In this document: one piece after another, positions 1 to 8,636 of the stretch
Layout: each line of letters starts with the position of its first letter
Numbering within the stretch: position 1 is the first letter of the stretch
NCBI GenBank assembly: GCA_025359105.1
Contig: JANYHK010000007.1
Span: forward strand, 42,958-74,957
Length of the DNA stretch: 32,000 nt
Direction: 5' to 3'
From: Myxococcales bacterium
GTDB lineage: Bacteria > Myxococcota_A > Polyangia > Polyangiales > Polyangiaceae
The notes under the pieces: model-generated
Seen by the model: only the letters and a program-made list of their open reading frames with translations
Told to the model about the DNA's origin: nothing
Databases searched by the model: none
Made by a program: the position numbers and the translations under genes

Positions 1-2723
1 TCGTCATCGACGGCCAGGACGTCGTCGCGAGCGAGCGGGCGACGATCCTCGACGTCGCCCGCCGCGAGAAAATCTTCATCCCCACGCTCTGCTACGACCC
101 GCGACTTGCCTCGTTCGGCGCCTGCCGCGTGTGCCTGGTGGGCGTGAAGGGCGCGCGCGGGCCCATCGCCGCCTGCACGACGCCGGTGCGCGAGGGGATG
201 GTCGTCGACACGAAGGATCCAACGGCCACGCGGGTCGCCAGGGGCACCGTCGAGCTCGTCCTCTCCGACTACCCGGCCGCCGCCCTCGCCCGGGAGGGAG
301 AGCGGAACGAGCTCCGCGACGTCGCCGCGCACTTCGGCCTGGAGAGGAGCCGCTTCGCGGGCGAGCGCCACGAGTACGCCAAGGACGATCGGCACCCGTA
401 CATCAAGGTCGACATGAACGAGTGCATCGTCTGCGGGCGATGCGTGCGCGCGTGCGACGAGATCCAGGGCACCTTCGCGCTCGCATACGCGGGCCGCGGC
501 TGGGGAACGCGAATCGTCGCCGGCGCAGACTCCGGCTTCAAGGACAGCGCGTGCGTCTCGTGCGGCGCCTGCGTGCAGACATGCCCGACCGGGGCGCTCG
601 ACGAGGCGGCCTTCCGCACGAAGGAGACGCTGGATCGCACAGTGACGACGACGTGCGCGTACTGCGGCGTCGGATGCTCGCTGGAGGTGCACGTCCGCGG
701 CGAGCAGGTCGTCTCGATCGACCCCGCCGAGCACGGCCCATCGAACCTCGGCCACACCTGCGTCAAGGGCCGCTTCGCGCACCAGTACGCGCGCGCCAAG
801 GATCGACTGACCTCGCCCATGATGCGACGCCCCGACGGCACGTGGCGCGAGGCGAGCTGGGACGAGGCGATGGGCTTCGTCGCGAGCCGCATCGGCGAGA
901 TCGTCGCCAAGCACGGCCCCGACGCTGTCGCCGCGATCAGCTCGAGCCGCTGCACGAACGAGGAGAACTACGTCCTCCAGAAGCTCTTTCGCGCCGCCGT
1001 CGGCACGAACAACATCGACAACTGCTCGCGCGTCTGCCACTCGCCGACGTCCCTCGGCCTCATTCGCTCGCTCGGCGAGTCGGGCGGGACGAACTCGTTC
1101 GAGGACATCGATCACACGCATTGCCTCCTCGTCACCGGCGCGAACCCCACGGAGGGACACCCCGTCGTGGGTGCGCGCATGAAGGAGGCCGCGCTGCGCG
1201 GCGCCAAGCTGATCGTCATCGATCCGCGCCGCATCGAGCTCGCCGCGATGGCCGACGTGTACCTGCAGCTTCGCCCCGGCTCCAACGTCGCCGTCTACAA
1301 CGGCCTGGCGCACGTCATGCTGCGCGACGGCCTCGTCGACGCGGAGTTTCTGGCCGGCCGCGTCGATCTGCTCGACGAATTCCGCGCCCACGTCGCCCAG
1401 TGGGATCCGAAGCGCGTCGAGGAGATCAGCGGCGTCCCCGGCCGGGATCTCGAGCGCGCGGCGCACCTCTACGCGACGACGTCGCCGGCCGCGATCTTCT
1501 ACGGCCTCGGCGTGACGGAGCAATCGCAGGGCGTCTCCGGCGTGCGCACCCTGACGAACCTCGCCATCTTGACCGGCAACTTCGGCAAGCGGGGGGCGGG
1601 CTCGAACCCGCTGCGCGGCCAGAACAACGTGCAGGGCTCGAGCGACATGGGAGCCCTCCCCACCTACCTCACGATGTACCGACGCATGAACGACGACGCG
1701 GTGCGCATCGCCTTCGAGCAGCGCTGGGGCCGGTCCATCCCCACCGAGCGCGGCCTCATGATCCCCGAGATGTTCACGAAGGCCGTGAGCGGCGAGCTCA
1801 AGGCGATGTACGTCTTCGGCGAGGACATCGCGCAGACCGATCCCAACCTCGAGCACGTCGACAAGGCGCTGCGAAACCTCGATCTCCTGGTGGTCCACGA
1901 CATCTTCGAGAACGTGACCGCGCGCTTCGCGCACGTGATGCTGCCGGGCTCGAGCTTCCTCGAGAAGACCGGCACGTTCACCAACGCGGAGCGACGCGTG
2001 CAGATGGTTCGCGAGGCGGTCGCGCCGCCGGCGGACGCGCGGCGCGATCTCGACATCTTGCTCGATCTCTCGAAGCGCCTCGGCTACACGATGCCGCACG
2101 CGTCCGCAGCCGACGTGATGGACGAAATCGCCGCGCTCACGCCGCACCTGACCGGCATCTCGCACGAGCGGCTCGGTACGCAGGGGCTGCAGTGGCCAGT
2201 GTGGACCAAGGAGCACCCGGGCACGCCCGTGCTCTACGAGGAGAAGTTCGCGACCCCCAACGGGCGCGCGCGCCTGTTCGCCGTCGACTGGGAACCGCCG
2301 GGCGAGCTCGCGAGCGACGATTTCCCCCTCGTCCTCATTACCGGCCGTCAGCTCGCGCACTACAACTCGGGCACGCAGACGAGGCGCACGGGCAACCTCG
2401 AGCTGCAGGGCGAGGACTGGGTCGAGCTGAACCCGGACGACGCCGCCGATCTGACCATCGCCTACGGCGACGTCGTCGAGGTCGAGAGCGCGCGCGGCAA
2501 GGTCACGACGCGCGCGTGCGTCACGAAGCGCGTGGCACCAGGGAACGTGTTCCTCGCCTTCCACTTCCCGGACGTGAAGACGAACCTGCTCACGAGCGCG
2601 AGCTCCGACCCGGGCACGCGGTGCCCCGAGTACAAGGTGAGCGCGGTGCGCATTCGCAAGGTCGCGGCGAACGCGGCGCCGACGCCGATCGCCAAGGGCT
2701 TCCGGCAGGACGCGTTCGACTGA
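1..2723 (+). CDS. fdhA: Formate dehydrogenase alpha subunit, NAD-dependent/NuoG-like type (molybdopterin oxidoreductase), 5' end truncated by the window edge
   Basis: The reading frame is open from base 3 (VIDGQDVVASERATILDVARREKIFIPTLCYDPRLASFGACRVCLVGVKG, a 2Fe-2S ferredoxin-like N-terminus), so the GTG at 129 in the ORF track is not the true start. Motifs present: 4Fe-4S CIVCGRCVRAC and CVSCGACVQTCPTGAL, MopB-type cluster TTCAYCGVGCSLEV, CVKGRF, and a long molybdopterin-binding body. The active-site motif CSRVCHSPT uses a TGC Cys codon, not TGA. fdhD follows 5 nt downstream. Confidence 0.93.
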   Translation, partial: VIDGQDVVASERATILDVARREKIFIPTLCYDPRLASFGACRVCLVGVKGARGPIAACTTPVREGMVVDTKDPTATRVARGTVELVLSDYPAAALAREGERNELRDVAAHFGLERSRFAGERHEYAKDDRHPYIKVDMNECIVCGRCVRACDEIQGTFALAYAGRGWGTRIVAGADSGFKDSACVSCGACVQTCPTGALDEAAFRTKETLDRTVTTTCAYCGVGCSLEVHVRGEQVVSIDPAEHGPSNLGHTCVKGRFAHQYARAKDRLTSPMMRRPDGTWREASWDEAMGFVASRIGEIVAKHGPDAVAAISSSRCTNEENYVLQKLFRAAVGTNNIDNCSRVCHSPTSLGLIRSLGESGGTNSFEDIDHTHCLLVTGANPTEGHPVVGARMKEAALRGAKLIVIDPRRIELAAMADVYLQLRPGSNVAVYNGLAHVMLRDGLVDAEFLAGRVDLLDEFRAHVAQWDPKRVEEISGVPGRDLERAAHLYATTSPAAIFYGLGVTEQSQGVSGVRTLTNLAILTGNFGKRGAGSNPLRGQNNVQGSSDMGALPTYLTMYRRMNDDAVRIAFEQRWGRSIPTERGLMIPEMFTKAVSGELKAMYVFGEDIAQTDPNLEHVDKALRNLDLLVVHDIFENVTARFAHVMLPGSSFLEKTGTFTNAERRVQMVREAVAPPADARRDLDILLDLSKRLGYTMPHASAADVMDEIAALTPHLTGISHERLGTQGLQWPVWTKEHPGTPVLYEEKFATPNGRARLFAVDWEPPGELASDDFPLVLITGRQLAHYNSGTQTRRTGNLELQGEDWVELNPDDAADLTIAYGDVVEVESARGKVTTRACVTKRVAPGNVFLAFHFPDVKTNLLTSASSDPGTRCPEYKVSAVRIRKVAANAAPTPIAKGFRQDAFD

Positions 2724-2728
2724 CGCCC

Positions 2729-3562
2729 ATGCCCGCCGCCCCGCAGCAGCCGCTGACCGGCGCCCGAACGGTGGACATCGTGCGCGTCGGCGCGGCCGGC
2801 GTCGCCCGCGAGGACGACGCCGTCGCGGTCGAAGAGCCGCTCGAGATCCGTGTGTCCGGCGATCCGCTCGCGATCACGATGCGGACGCCCGGCCGCGATC
2901 GCGAGCTCGTCCTCGGCTTCCTGTGGGCGGAGGGCGTGATCACGTCGCTCGCCGACGTGGGCGCGATCACACACTGCGGCCGCACCGGCGACCCGGGGCG
3001 CGAGAACACGATCGACGTCACCGCCGCGCCCGGCGCCCGGCTCGCAGTGCCGGACGGAGTCGGCGCACGGCGCGGGACGCTGACGACGAGCGCGTGCGGC
3101 GTGTGCGGGAGGCGTTCGATAGACGATCTCCTGGCGCGCTGCGTACCCCTCGAGGGCCACGCGCGCCTCTCGCTTGCCGCGGCGGCGCGCGCGGTCGAGT
3201 CCTTGCGTGGCAGCCAGCCGCTCTTCGCGCGGACCGGCGGTTGCCACGGCGCCGCCCTCGCCGATGCCACGGGCGCTCTCGTCGCGACGTTCGAGGACGT
3301 CGGCCGCCACAACGCCGTCGACAAGCTCGTGGGCGCGCGCCTCCTCGCGGGCGGCCTGCCCGCGCGCGAGCACGCGCTCGTCGTCAGCGGACGAACCAGC
3401 TTCGAGATCGTGCAAAAAGCGGTGGCCGCCGGGATCCCGCACGTCGTCGGCATCAGCGCGCCGAGCTCGCTCGCGATCGACACCGCGCGCCGCGCCGGGG
3501 TGACGCTCCTCGGCTTCGTGCGCGGCGCAGAGCTCGTCGTCTACGCCGGCGAGGTCACTTGA
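2729..3562 (+). CDS. fdhD: Formate dehydrogenase accessory sulfurtransferase FdhD
   Basis: ATG at 2729 lies 5 nt after the fdhA stop. FdhD hallmarks are present: TTSACGVCGRRSIDDL, GGCHGAAL, DVGRHNAVDKLVG. The 131..3562 ORF in the track is an out-of-frame read-through of fdhA that happens to join this gene's frame. Confidence 0.9.
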   Translation: MPAAPQQPLTGARTVDIVRVGAAGVAREDDAVAVEEPLEIRVSGDPLAITMRTPGRDRELVLGFLWAEGVITSLADVGAITHCGRTGDPGRENTIDVTAAPGARLAVPDGVGARRGTLTTSACGVCGRRSIDDLLARCVPLEGHARLSLAAAARAVESLRGSQPLFARTGGCHGAALADATGALVATFEDVGRHNAVDKLVGARLLAGGLPAREHALVVSGRTSFEIVQKAVAAGIPHVVGISAPSSLAIDTARRAGVTLLGFVRGAELVVYAGEVT

Positions 3563-4757
3563 CCTCGAACGTCAGCTTCGCGCCGTCCTTCATCGTGATG
3601 TAGGCGACGAGGCGACGCCACGTTCCGTTGCCACTCGACTCGTCGACCGCGATCATCTCGGACACGATCCTGCGCAGATCGCGCGACGCCTCCACCGCGC
3701 GAAACGCGCCTTCGGCGTCCATGGCGACGACCTCGAGTGAGTACGTCTTGGTCTCGGCGCGCCGCACGTTGACGATCAGCACGGCCTGCGTGATGCGCCC
3801 CGGCAAGACGGCGGCGATGTCGGCGAAGACCGCCTGCGCGACGGGCATGAAGTGCGGGCGTGACGGCTCGCGCGGCGGCGGAACCGAGGCGCTCGGACGC
3901 GAGGGGGGCGGGGGCGGCACCTCGATCTCCGGACGCGACTCCCTCATCTCGATCGGGGGATGCGAGCGGGGCGATATCTGTGAGGGCCGGCTCGAGAGTG
4001 GCGACGCCGGCTCGGCGCGGGTGACGCGCTGGGACTGCGGCGCAGGCGTCTCGCCTTGCATCTGGTTGGGGCGCGACGACACCGGCGCCGGCGCGACGGC
4101 GGCCATCGTGCCCGAGGAGGTGCGCAGAGCACCCACCGACTCGATGCGTGGCGCGCTGCCTTCCTCGCGCGGCAGGGGGCGCATTGCGGGCATCGCCGGG
4201 TTGGACGGCCTGAACGACGGAGAGGTGGTCACGCGCATCGACCCGCCCGACGGGGTCATCCGCCGGACGAGCTTGCCGCTGGGTACGCGGTTCGGCGGCG
4301 CCGTCGTGCCGGCGCTCTCGAAGAGCGCGTAGTAGATCGTGCGCGTCCCACGCTCGATGCGAAAGACGCCGTCGGCCCGCGACGCGTTCAGGACGATGCG
4401 CACGAGCCGCTCCGCGTGCCCGCGGTCCTCGAGCGTGATCTCGTTCTCGAGGAGCTGCTTCAACCCGAGCTCGTCGAAGAGCGACTTGGCGACCTCCACC
4501 TTGCGTGTGCGCTTCATGTAGCCGGGGCGCTGCGCCCATCCCCACGAGAAGCTCCCGTCCGCGCCGAGCGTGGCGACCTCCTCGGTCAGGGCGTTGAAGA
4601 GGATCTCCTCCCCTTTGCGGTAGGTGAGGCGCGCGTTGCGATCGTCGTGCGCGACGTCGTCGTACGGCGCGATGCGCCCGCGCAGACGCTCGAGCATGCG
4701 CTGCACCTCGCTGTCGACGCTCTCCGCAAGGTGGAAGATCTTTTCATCGAGCTTCAT
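3555..4757 (-). CDS. Hypothetical two-domain protein with a Pro/Ser-rich low-complexity linker
   Basis: The minus-strand ORF has high third-position GC from the ATG at 4757 (MKLDEKIFHLAES...). The region upstream of that ATG, up to the ATG at 4841, has clearly lower GC3. It has an N-terminal globular part of about 150 aa, a P/S-rich linker of about 130 aa, and a C-terminal part of about 100 aa. I recognise no family motif. Its stop overlaps the fdhD stop convergently. Confidence 0.6.
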   Translation of the reverse strand: MKLDEKIFHLAESVDSEVQRMLERLRGRIAPYDDVAHDDRNARLTYRKGEEILFNALTEEVATLGADGSFSWGWAQRPGYMKRTRKVEVAKSLFDELGLKQLLENEITLEDRGHAERLVRIVLNASRADGVFRIERGTRTIYYALFESAGTTAPPNRVPSGKLVRRMTPSGGSMRVTTSPSFRPSNPAMPAMRPLPREEGSAPRIESVGALRTSSGTMAAVAPAPVSSRPNQMQGETPAPQSQRVTRAEPASPLSSRPSQISPRSHPPIEMRESRPEIEVPPPPPSRPSASVPPPREPSRPHFMPVAQAVFADIAAVLPGRITQAVLIVNVRRAETKTYSLEVVAMDAEGAFRAVEASRDLRRIVSEMIAVDESSGNGTWRRLVAYITMKDGAKLTFEVK

Positions 4758-5217
4758 GAGGCTCTTGCTCGGTCCCTTCGCAGTTCCCTGCGACACACGA
4801 TCTACGTCCCGCTCCGGTCGTGTCGTAAGCACTTGGACCATCCCCTCGTGGCTGGTGTTCGCGCCTTCAGGCCACACATAGTGGCGACCAGTGGCCCGCG
4901 GGGTGTCACGAATCGTACCGAACCACCGCGATCGAACAAGACCTATGCCCACCGCAAGGACGGGCGACAAATGGCGACAAAGTAGATGCCGACGCCGACA
5001 CCTCGGGGCCGCAACCTCTCTGCCAAAAAGAAGTAACCCGTGGGAGCGTCGCCTGTCACCCCGGTCACTACAGTTACCGGGAACGCGGCGCCCGCTTCGA
5101 AGACGGCGGTCTCCCTCCCGGGGCGCGGTGCTCCGCGCGCACGGGCGCGGACGTACGCACACTCACCTTCAGTGTGTGGGGTCCAAGCGAACCATGGGTG
5201 AATATTGTTGAGTATTT

Positions 5218-5246
5218 TTGACAAAATATCCGTCAATGTAGGAATT
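5218..5246 (+). promoter_or_regulatory. Candidate sigma70-type promoter for the lipoprotein gene at 5286
   Basis: A perfect TTGACA sits at 5218-5223 in a locally AT-rich patch. It is followed 15-17 nt later by the weak -10 candidates TAGGAA / GGAATT. The -10 match is poor, so this is tentative. Confidence 0.25.
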
Positions 5247-5285
5247 TTCTAGCGTGAACGGCTTTCGAGTGCCAAGTGGAGGCGT

Positions 5286-5582
5286 ATGAAGACCGTGGCG
5301 CTTCTCAGTGTTCTTGGCGTTTGCTCCCTTACTGGCTGCGCGTCGGCGCCCCCGCCGAAGCCCACCACTCCCGTCGAGACGACCGGGGCTATGGTGCCGT
5401 CGCGTGAGGCGTTCACCCCGCCCGATCAGTGGGAGATGCAGATCGCCGACAAGCCGGCCGCCGGCACGACCACCGACGTGGCCAAAGACGCCCCTGCGAC
5501 CAAGGTGCAAGCGGACTCGACCGCCGCCAAGCGCCAGACGGGTGGCCTCGTCACGATGCCCGGCAAGCGGACGGGCAAGTAA
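5286..5582 (+). CDS. Small secreted lipoprotein, function unknown
   Basis: GGAGG lies 5 nt upstream of the ATG. The signal peptide MKTVALLSVLGVCSLTGC carries the lipobox L-T-G-C. The mature part is low-complexity and A/T/P-rich. Confidence 0.7.
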   Translation: MKTVALLSVLGVCSLTGCASAPPPKPTTPVETTGAMVPSREAFTPPDQWEMQIADKPAAGTTTDVAKDAPATKVQADSTAAKRQTGGLVTMPGKRTGK

Positions 5583-5593
5583 ACACCGCGCCC

Positions 5594-5610
5594 GAGCGCC
5601 GGTGGCGCTC
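5594..5610. terminator. Short GC hairpin between convergent genes (possible bidirectional terminator)
   Basis: GAGCGCC-GGT-GGCGCTC forms a 7-bp perfect stem with a 3-nt loop. It lies between the lipoprotein stop (5582) and the yqjG-like stop (5609-5611), and it overlaps the latter. There is no U tract. Confidence 0.3.
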
Positions 5611-6580
5611 AGCAGCGGCCATGCGGCTGCGTGAAGTCCAGGACCGGCCCGACGGGAACGATGCCCGTCGGGTTGATCGTCGCGTGGCTCTCGTAATAGT
5701 GCCGCTTGATGTGGTCGAAGCTCACCGTCTCCGCAACACCCGGGAGCTGGTAGACGTCCCGCACGAAGCCGGTGAGGTTCGGGTAGTCCGCGATGCGCCC
5801 CAGGTTGCACTTGAAGTGACCGTAGTAGACCGCGTCGAAGCGGATCAGCGTAGTGAAGAGGCGAATGTCCGCCTCGGTCAGGCGCGCGCCGCAAAGGTAG
5901 CGACGTGTGGCGAGCAGCGACTCGATCCAGTCGAGCGACTCGAACAGGGGGCGTACGCCTGCTTCGTACGCCTGCTGCGTCGTGGCGAAGCCCGCGCGGT
6001 AGACACCGTTGTTCACGGTCGTGTAGATGCGCGTGTTCAGCGCGTCGATTTCCGAGCGTAGGTCGGCGGGGTAGTAGTCGCCCGCGCGCGCGCCGACGCC
6101 GTCCCACGCCGAGCCCATCATGCGGATGATCTCGGCGGACTCGTTGTTCACGATGGTCCCCGTCTTCTTGTCCCAGAGGACAGGGACGGTGACGTGGCCG
6201 GAGTAGCGCGGCTCACTTGCCGTGTAGACCTGGTGGAGGAAGCGCGCGCCGTGGATGGGATCGGGCACGGTGCCGGGGCCCTCGTCGAACGTCCAGCCGT
6301 GCTCGCCCATGCGCCAGTGGACAACCGAGACGTCGATGAGATCGTGCAGGCCCTTGAGCTCGCGGAAGATGAGCGTGCGGTGCGCCCACGGGCAAGCCCG
6401 CGAAACGTACAGGTGGTAGCGCCCGGGCTCGGCGGCGTGCCCGCCCTCGCCGTTCGGGCCGGGGTTCCCGTCCGGCGTGACCCAGCTGCGGAACTGGGTG
6501 TCTTTGCGGACGAAGTGGCCTCCCGTCGACTTGGTGTCGTACCAGTGGTCGTGCCACGCACCGTCAATCAAGACTCCCAT
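5609..6580 (-). CDS. yqjG: Glutathionyl-hydroquinone reductase (Xi-class GST, YqjG family)
   Basis: From the ATG at 6580: MGVLIDGAWHDHWYDTKSTGGHFVRKDTQFRSWVT...GRYHLYVSRACPWAHRTLI. The CPWA active-site motif is diagnostic. The length (323 aa) and the C-terminal GST fold (TEADIRLFTTLIRFD) fit the YqjG/ECM4 family. Confidence 0.9.
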   Translation of the reverse strand: MGVLIDGAWHDHWYDTKSTGGHFVRKDTQFRSWVTPDGNPGPNGEGGHAAEPGRYHLYVSRACPWAHRTLIFRELKGLHDLIDVSVVHWRMGEHGWTFDEGPGTVPDPIHGARFLHQVYTASEPRYSGHVTVPVLWDKKTGTIVNNESAEIIRMMGSAWDGVGARAGDYYPADLRSEIDALNTRIYTTVNNGVYRAGFATTQQAYEAGVRPLFESLDWIESLLATRRYLCGARLTEADIRLFTTLIRFDAVYYGHFKCNLGRIADYPNLTGFVRDVYQLPGVAETVSFDHIKRHYYESHATINPTGIVPVGPVLDFTQPHGRC

Positions 6581-6618
6581 GGTACGAAGCAATGTACCTT
6601 GGGCCACGCAGGTCCTCC

Positions 6619-7587
6619 ATGATTCCCCGCACGCGCAACCGATGGGCCCTGGCGGCGTCGGGCATGCTCGTGCTCGGCGTCGGCGCAGCACGCTACGGTC
6701 GGGACGCCGTGGCGCCGCGGACGTTCGATACGCCGGTGGAGACCGCGGACGCGGGGCTCGTCCCGTGGTGTGCGCCGGGGCTGGAGCCGATCGCGGGCGG
6801 CGGCTGCTTCGCGCCCGCCGCGCCGAGCACGAAGCGTCCCGCCCCGCTCCTCGTGTATTTGCACGGACGCTTCGAGAGCGCGGCCCCCGAGGCCGAGCTC
6901 GACCGTCAGCGCCGCGTGGCGGAGCGCGCCGCGGCGAAGGGCTTCGCGGTCCTTGCGCTCCGCGGGCGCGAGGGGCAGTGCCTGCAGCCAGAGCTCGCGC
7001 ACTGGGTGTGCTGGCCGGCGAGCGAGCGCAGCGTCGACGCGGGCGCCGGCTACGTCGCGTCGTGGGCGCCGGTGATCGCCGAGGCGGAGACGCGCGCGGG
7101 AAAGGGCAAGCGGTTCGTGCTCGGCTTCTCGAGCGGCGGGTTCTTCGCGGTCATCCTGGCGACGCGTGCCCTCGTCGCCGCGGACGGGTTCGCGATTGCG
7201 GGCGCCGGTCCGATCGTGCCAACGCGCGCGCGCGACGAGGCGAGCAAGCCGCCGGTGCTCCTATTGTCGGCCGACGACGACCCGTCGCAGCCCGACATGC
7301 TGCAGCTGGGCGACGAGCTCACCCGCGAGCGCTGGCCCCACGACGTGTACTCGCGCGCGGGAGGGCACGAGCTGCTCGATCCGGACATCGACGCCGCCCT
7401 CGCCTTCTTCACGCGCTCGGCGACCGAGAAGCTCCCGCTCCGCCCGCCGTTGTCCCAGCATGTCCCTCGCCCGCACGATCCGGACGTCCGCGACGCAACG
7501 CCGGAGCCGCCCGTCTCGCCGGCGCCCCCGCGCGCCGACCTCCCGATGCCCGCATCCCGCCCCGCTGAGGAGGAGGACGGGGGCTAG
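6619..7587 (+). CDS. Secreted alpha/beta hydrolase (esterase/depolymerase-like)
   Basis: A hydrophobic N-terminal signal-like segment is followed by LLVYLHGRF. The nucleophile elbow is GFSSGG (GxSxG), with an acidic LLLSADDDP stretch and a GGHE His, giving a Ser-Asp-His order typical of alpha/beta hydrolases. The start is ambiguous: ATG 6592 or ATG 6619. Confidence 0.7.
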   Translation: MIPRTRNRWALAASGMLVLGVGAARYGRDAVAPRTFDTPVETADAGLVPWCAPGLEPIAGGGCFAPAAPSTKRPAPLLVYLHGRFESAAPEAELDRQRRVAERAAAKGFAVLALRGREGQCLQPELAHWVCWPASERSVDAGAGYVASWAPVIAEAETRAGKGKRFVLGFSSGGFFAVILATRALVAADGFAIAGAGPIVPTRARDEASKPPVLLLSADDDPSQPDMLQLGDELTRERWPHDVYSRAGGHELLDPDIDAALAFFTRSATEKLPLRPPLSQHVPRPHDPDVRDATPEPPVSPAPPRADLPMPASRPAEEEDGG

Positions 7588-7620
7588 GAATCCGGTGTTT
7601 GAAAAACACCAGATTCCTAG
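7584..7620. terminator. Long inverted repeat between convergent genes, embedding both stop codons (candidate bidirectional terminator)
   Basis: CTAGGAATCCGGTGTTT-GAA-AAACACCAGATTCCTAG forms a 17-bp stem with one mismatch (7593/7611) and a GAA loop at 7601-7603. The hydrolase TAG (7585-7587) and the complement of the SDR TAG (7617-7619) are both inside the stem. Confidence 0.5.
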
Positions 7621-8636
7621 GCCGCCGACGGACGCAGGCTCTCGAACGTGCGGCGCAGCCCTTCGTCCGTGGAGATATTCGGCGACCAGCCGAGAGCCTT
7701 GATCTTGGAGTTCTCGAAGCGGTTGCCCTTCCACGCCGTGCGCGTCTTGTACGGCGTGAAGACGGCGGGGAGCTGCCCCCTCGAGAACGTGTGGTACCTG
7801 GCGACTGCGTGGGACAGAACGGTGAGCGCGGGGTACGGCACGCGCACCGAGCGCACGGGCTTCACGTCTCGCTTGTAGCGCGAGAGGTAGGTCTTGGCGT
7901 CCACGAGGTCGTCGTCGACGACGTTGTAGACCTCACCCACCGCGCGCGACGACTGCCCCGCGACGACGATGGCGTCGGCGCAATTCTCGACGAATGTGAG
8001 CGGCAGCGCGTTGTCGCCACCGAGGTGGAGGAACACGCCGAACAGGTTCAGCCCTACGCGCGACGACATCGCGGGGCCGCCAGGGCCATAGATTACGCCG
8101 GGGCGCAGCACGACCACCGGGACGTTGCGCTTCTCGGCGTACTCCCACACGAGCTGCTCTTGCTTGAGTTTGCTCTGCGCGTAGGGATCGCGGAGGTCGG
8201 GGTGGGTCTCGAGGGGCGTCCTCTCGTCGACGACAGTGCCGCGCGGCGCGTCCGCGACGCCGTAGACGGCGAAGGAGCTGCACAGGATGATCTTCGGGGG
8301 CTTGGGGCGGCTCGCCGCAGCCTCGAGGAGGTTGCGCGTCGTGACGACGGTGCCCAGGAACATGTCCGCCGCCGCGCCGCTCATCGCCGCCGCGAGGTGG
8401 TAAACGGTGTCACAGCCTTCGAGGACCTTCGCCGCTTCGTCGCGCGTTGCGAGGCTGCCGGTGCGCACCTCGACCTTCGCCCCCTTCGCGGCGTCGCTGT
8501 GCAGGACCGCGTCGAGGCGCGTGCGCTTCGACCCGGAGCGCAGGAGCAGCACCAGATCGCGCTCGCCGCGCGCCAGGAGGCGCTCTACCACGGAGACGCC
8601 GAGAAAACCGTTGCACCCGGTCACGAGGACACTCAC
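7617..8636 (-). CDS. NAD-dependent epimerase/dehydratase family protein (extended SDR)
   Basis: The GTG start at 8636 overlaps the upstream TGA (GTGA), and AAGGAGG lies 8 nt upstream. The N-terminus SVLVTGCNGFLG is a TGxxGxxG Rossmann motif, and the catalytic YxxxK is present in PYAQSKLKQ. Confidence 0.85.
   Translation of the reverse strand: MSVLVTGCNGFLGVSVVERLLARGERDLVLLLRSGSKRTRLDAVLHSDAAKGAKVEVRTGSLATRDEAAKVLEGCDTVYHLAAAMSGAAADMFLGTVVTTRNLLEAAASRPKPPKIILCSSFAVYGVADAPRGTVVDERTPLETHPDLRDPYAQSKLKQEQLVWEYAEKRNVPVVVLRPGVIYGPGGPAMSSRVGLNLFGVFLHLGGDNALPLTFVENCADAIVVAGQSSRAVGEVYNVVDDDLVDAKTYLSRYKRDVKPVRSVRVPYPALTVLSHAVARYHTFSRGQLPAVFTPYKTRTAWKGNRFENSKIKALGWSPNISTDEGLRRTFESLRPSAA

Noticed and set aside
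131-3562. 1143-aa plus-strand ORF spanning fdhA and fdhD
   Set aside because: The first about 2600 nt is an Arg/Pro/Gly-rich out-of-frame translation of fdhA, typical of high-GC DNA. Only the part from ATG 2729 (FdhD motifs) is real.
3551-3565. GGTCA-CT-TGACC palindrome carrying the overlapping convergent stop codons of fdhD and the hypothetical gene
   Set aside because: The observation is real, but the 5-bp arms are too short to argue for function. It is probably incidental to an 8-nt convergent overlap.
5169-6107. 312-aa minus-strand ORF overlapping the yqjG-like gene in another frame
   Set aside because: It is an Arg-rich shadow frame. The YqjG frame has the CPWA motif and the full-length family match.
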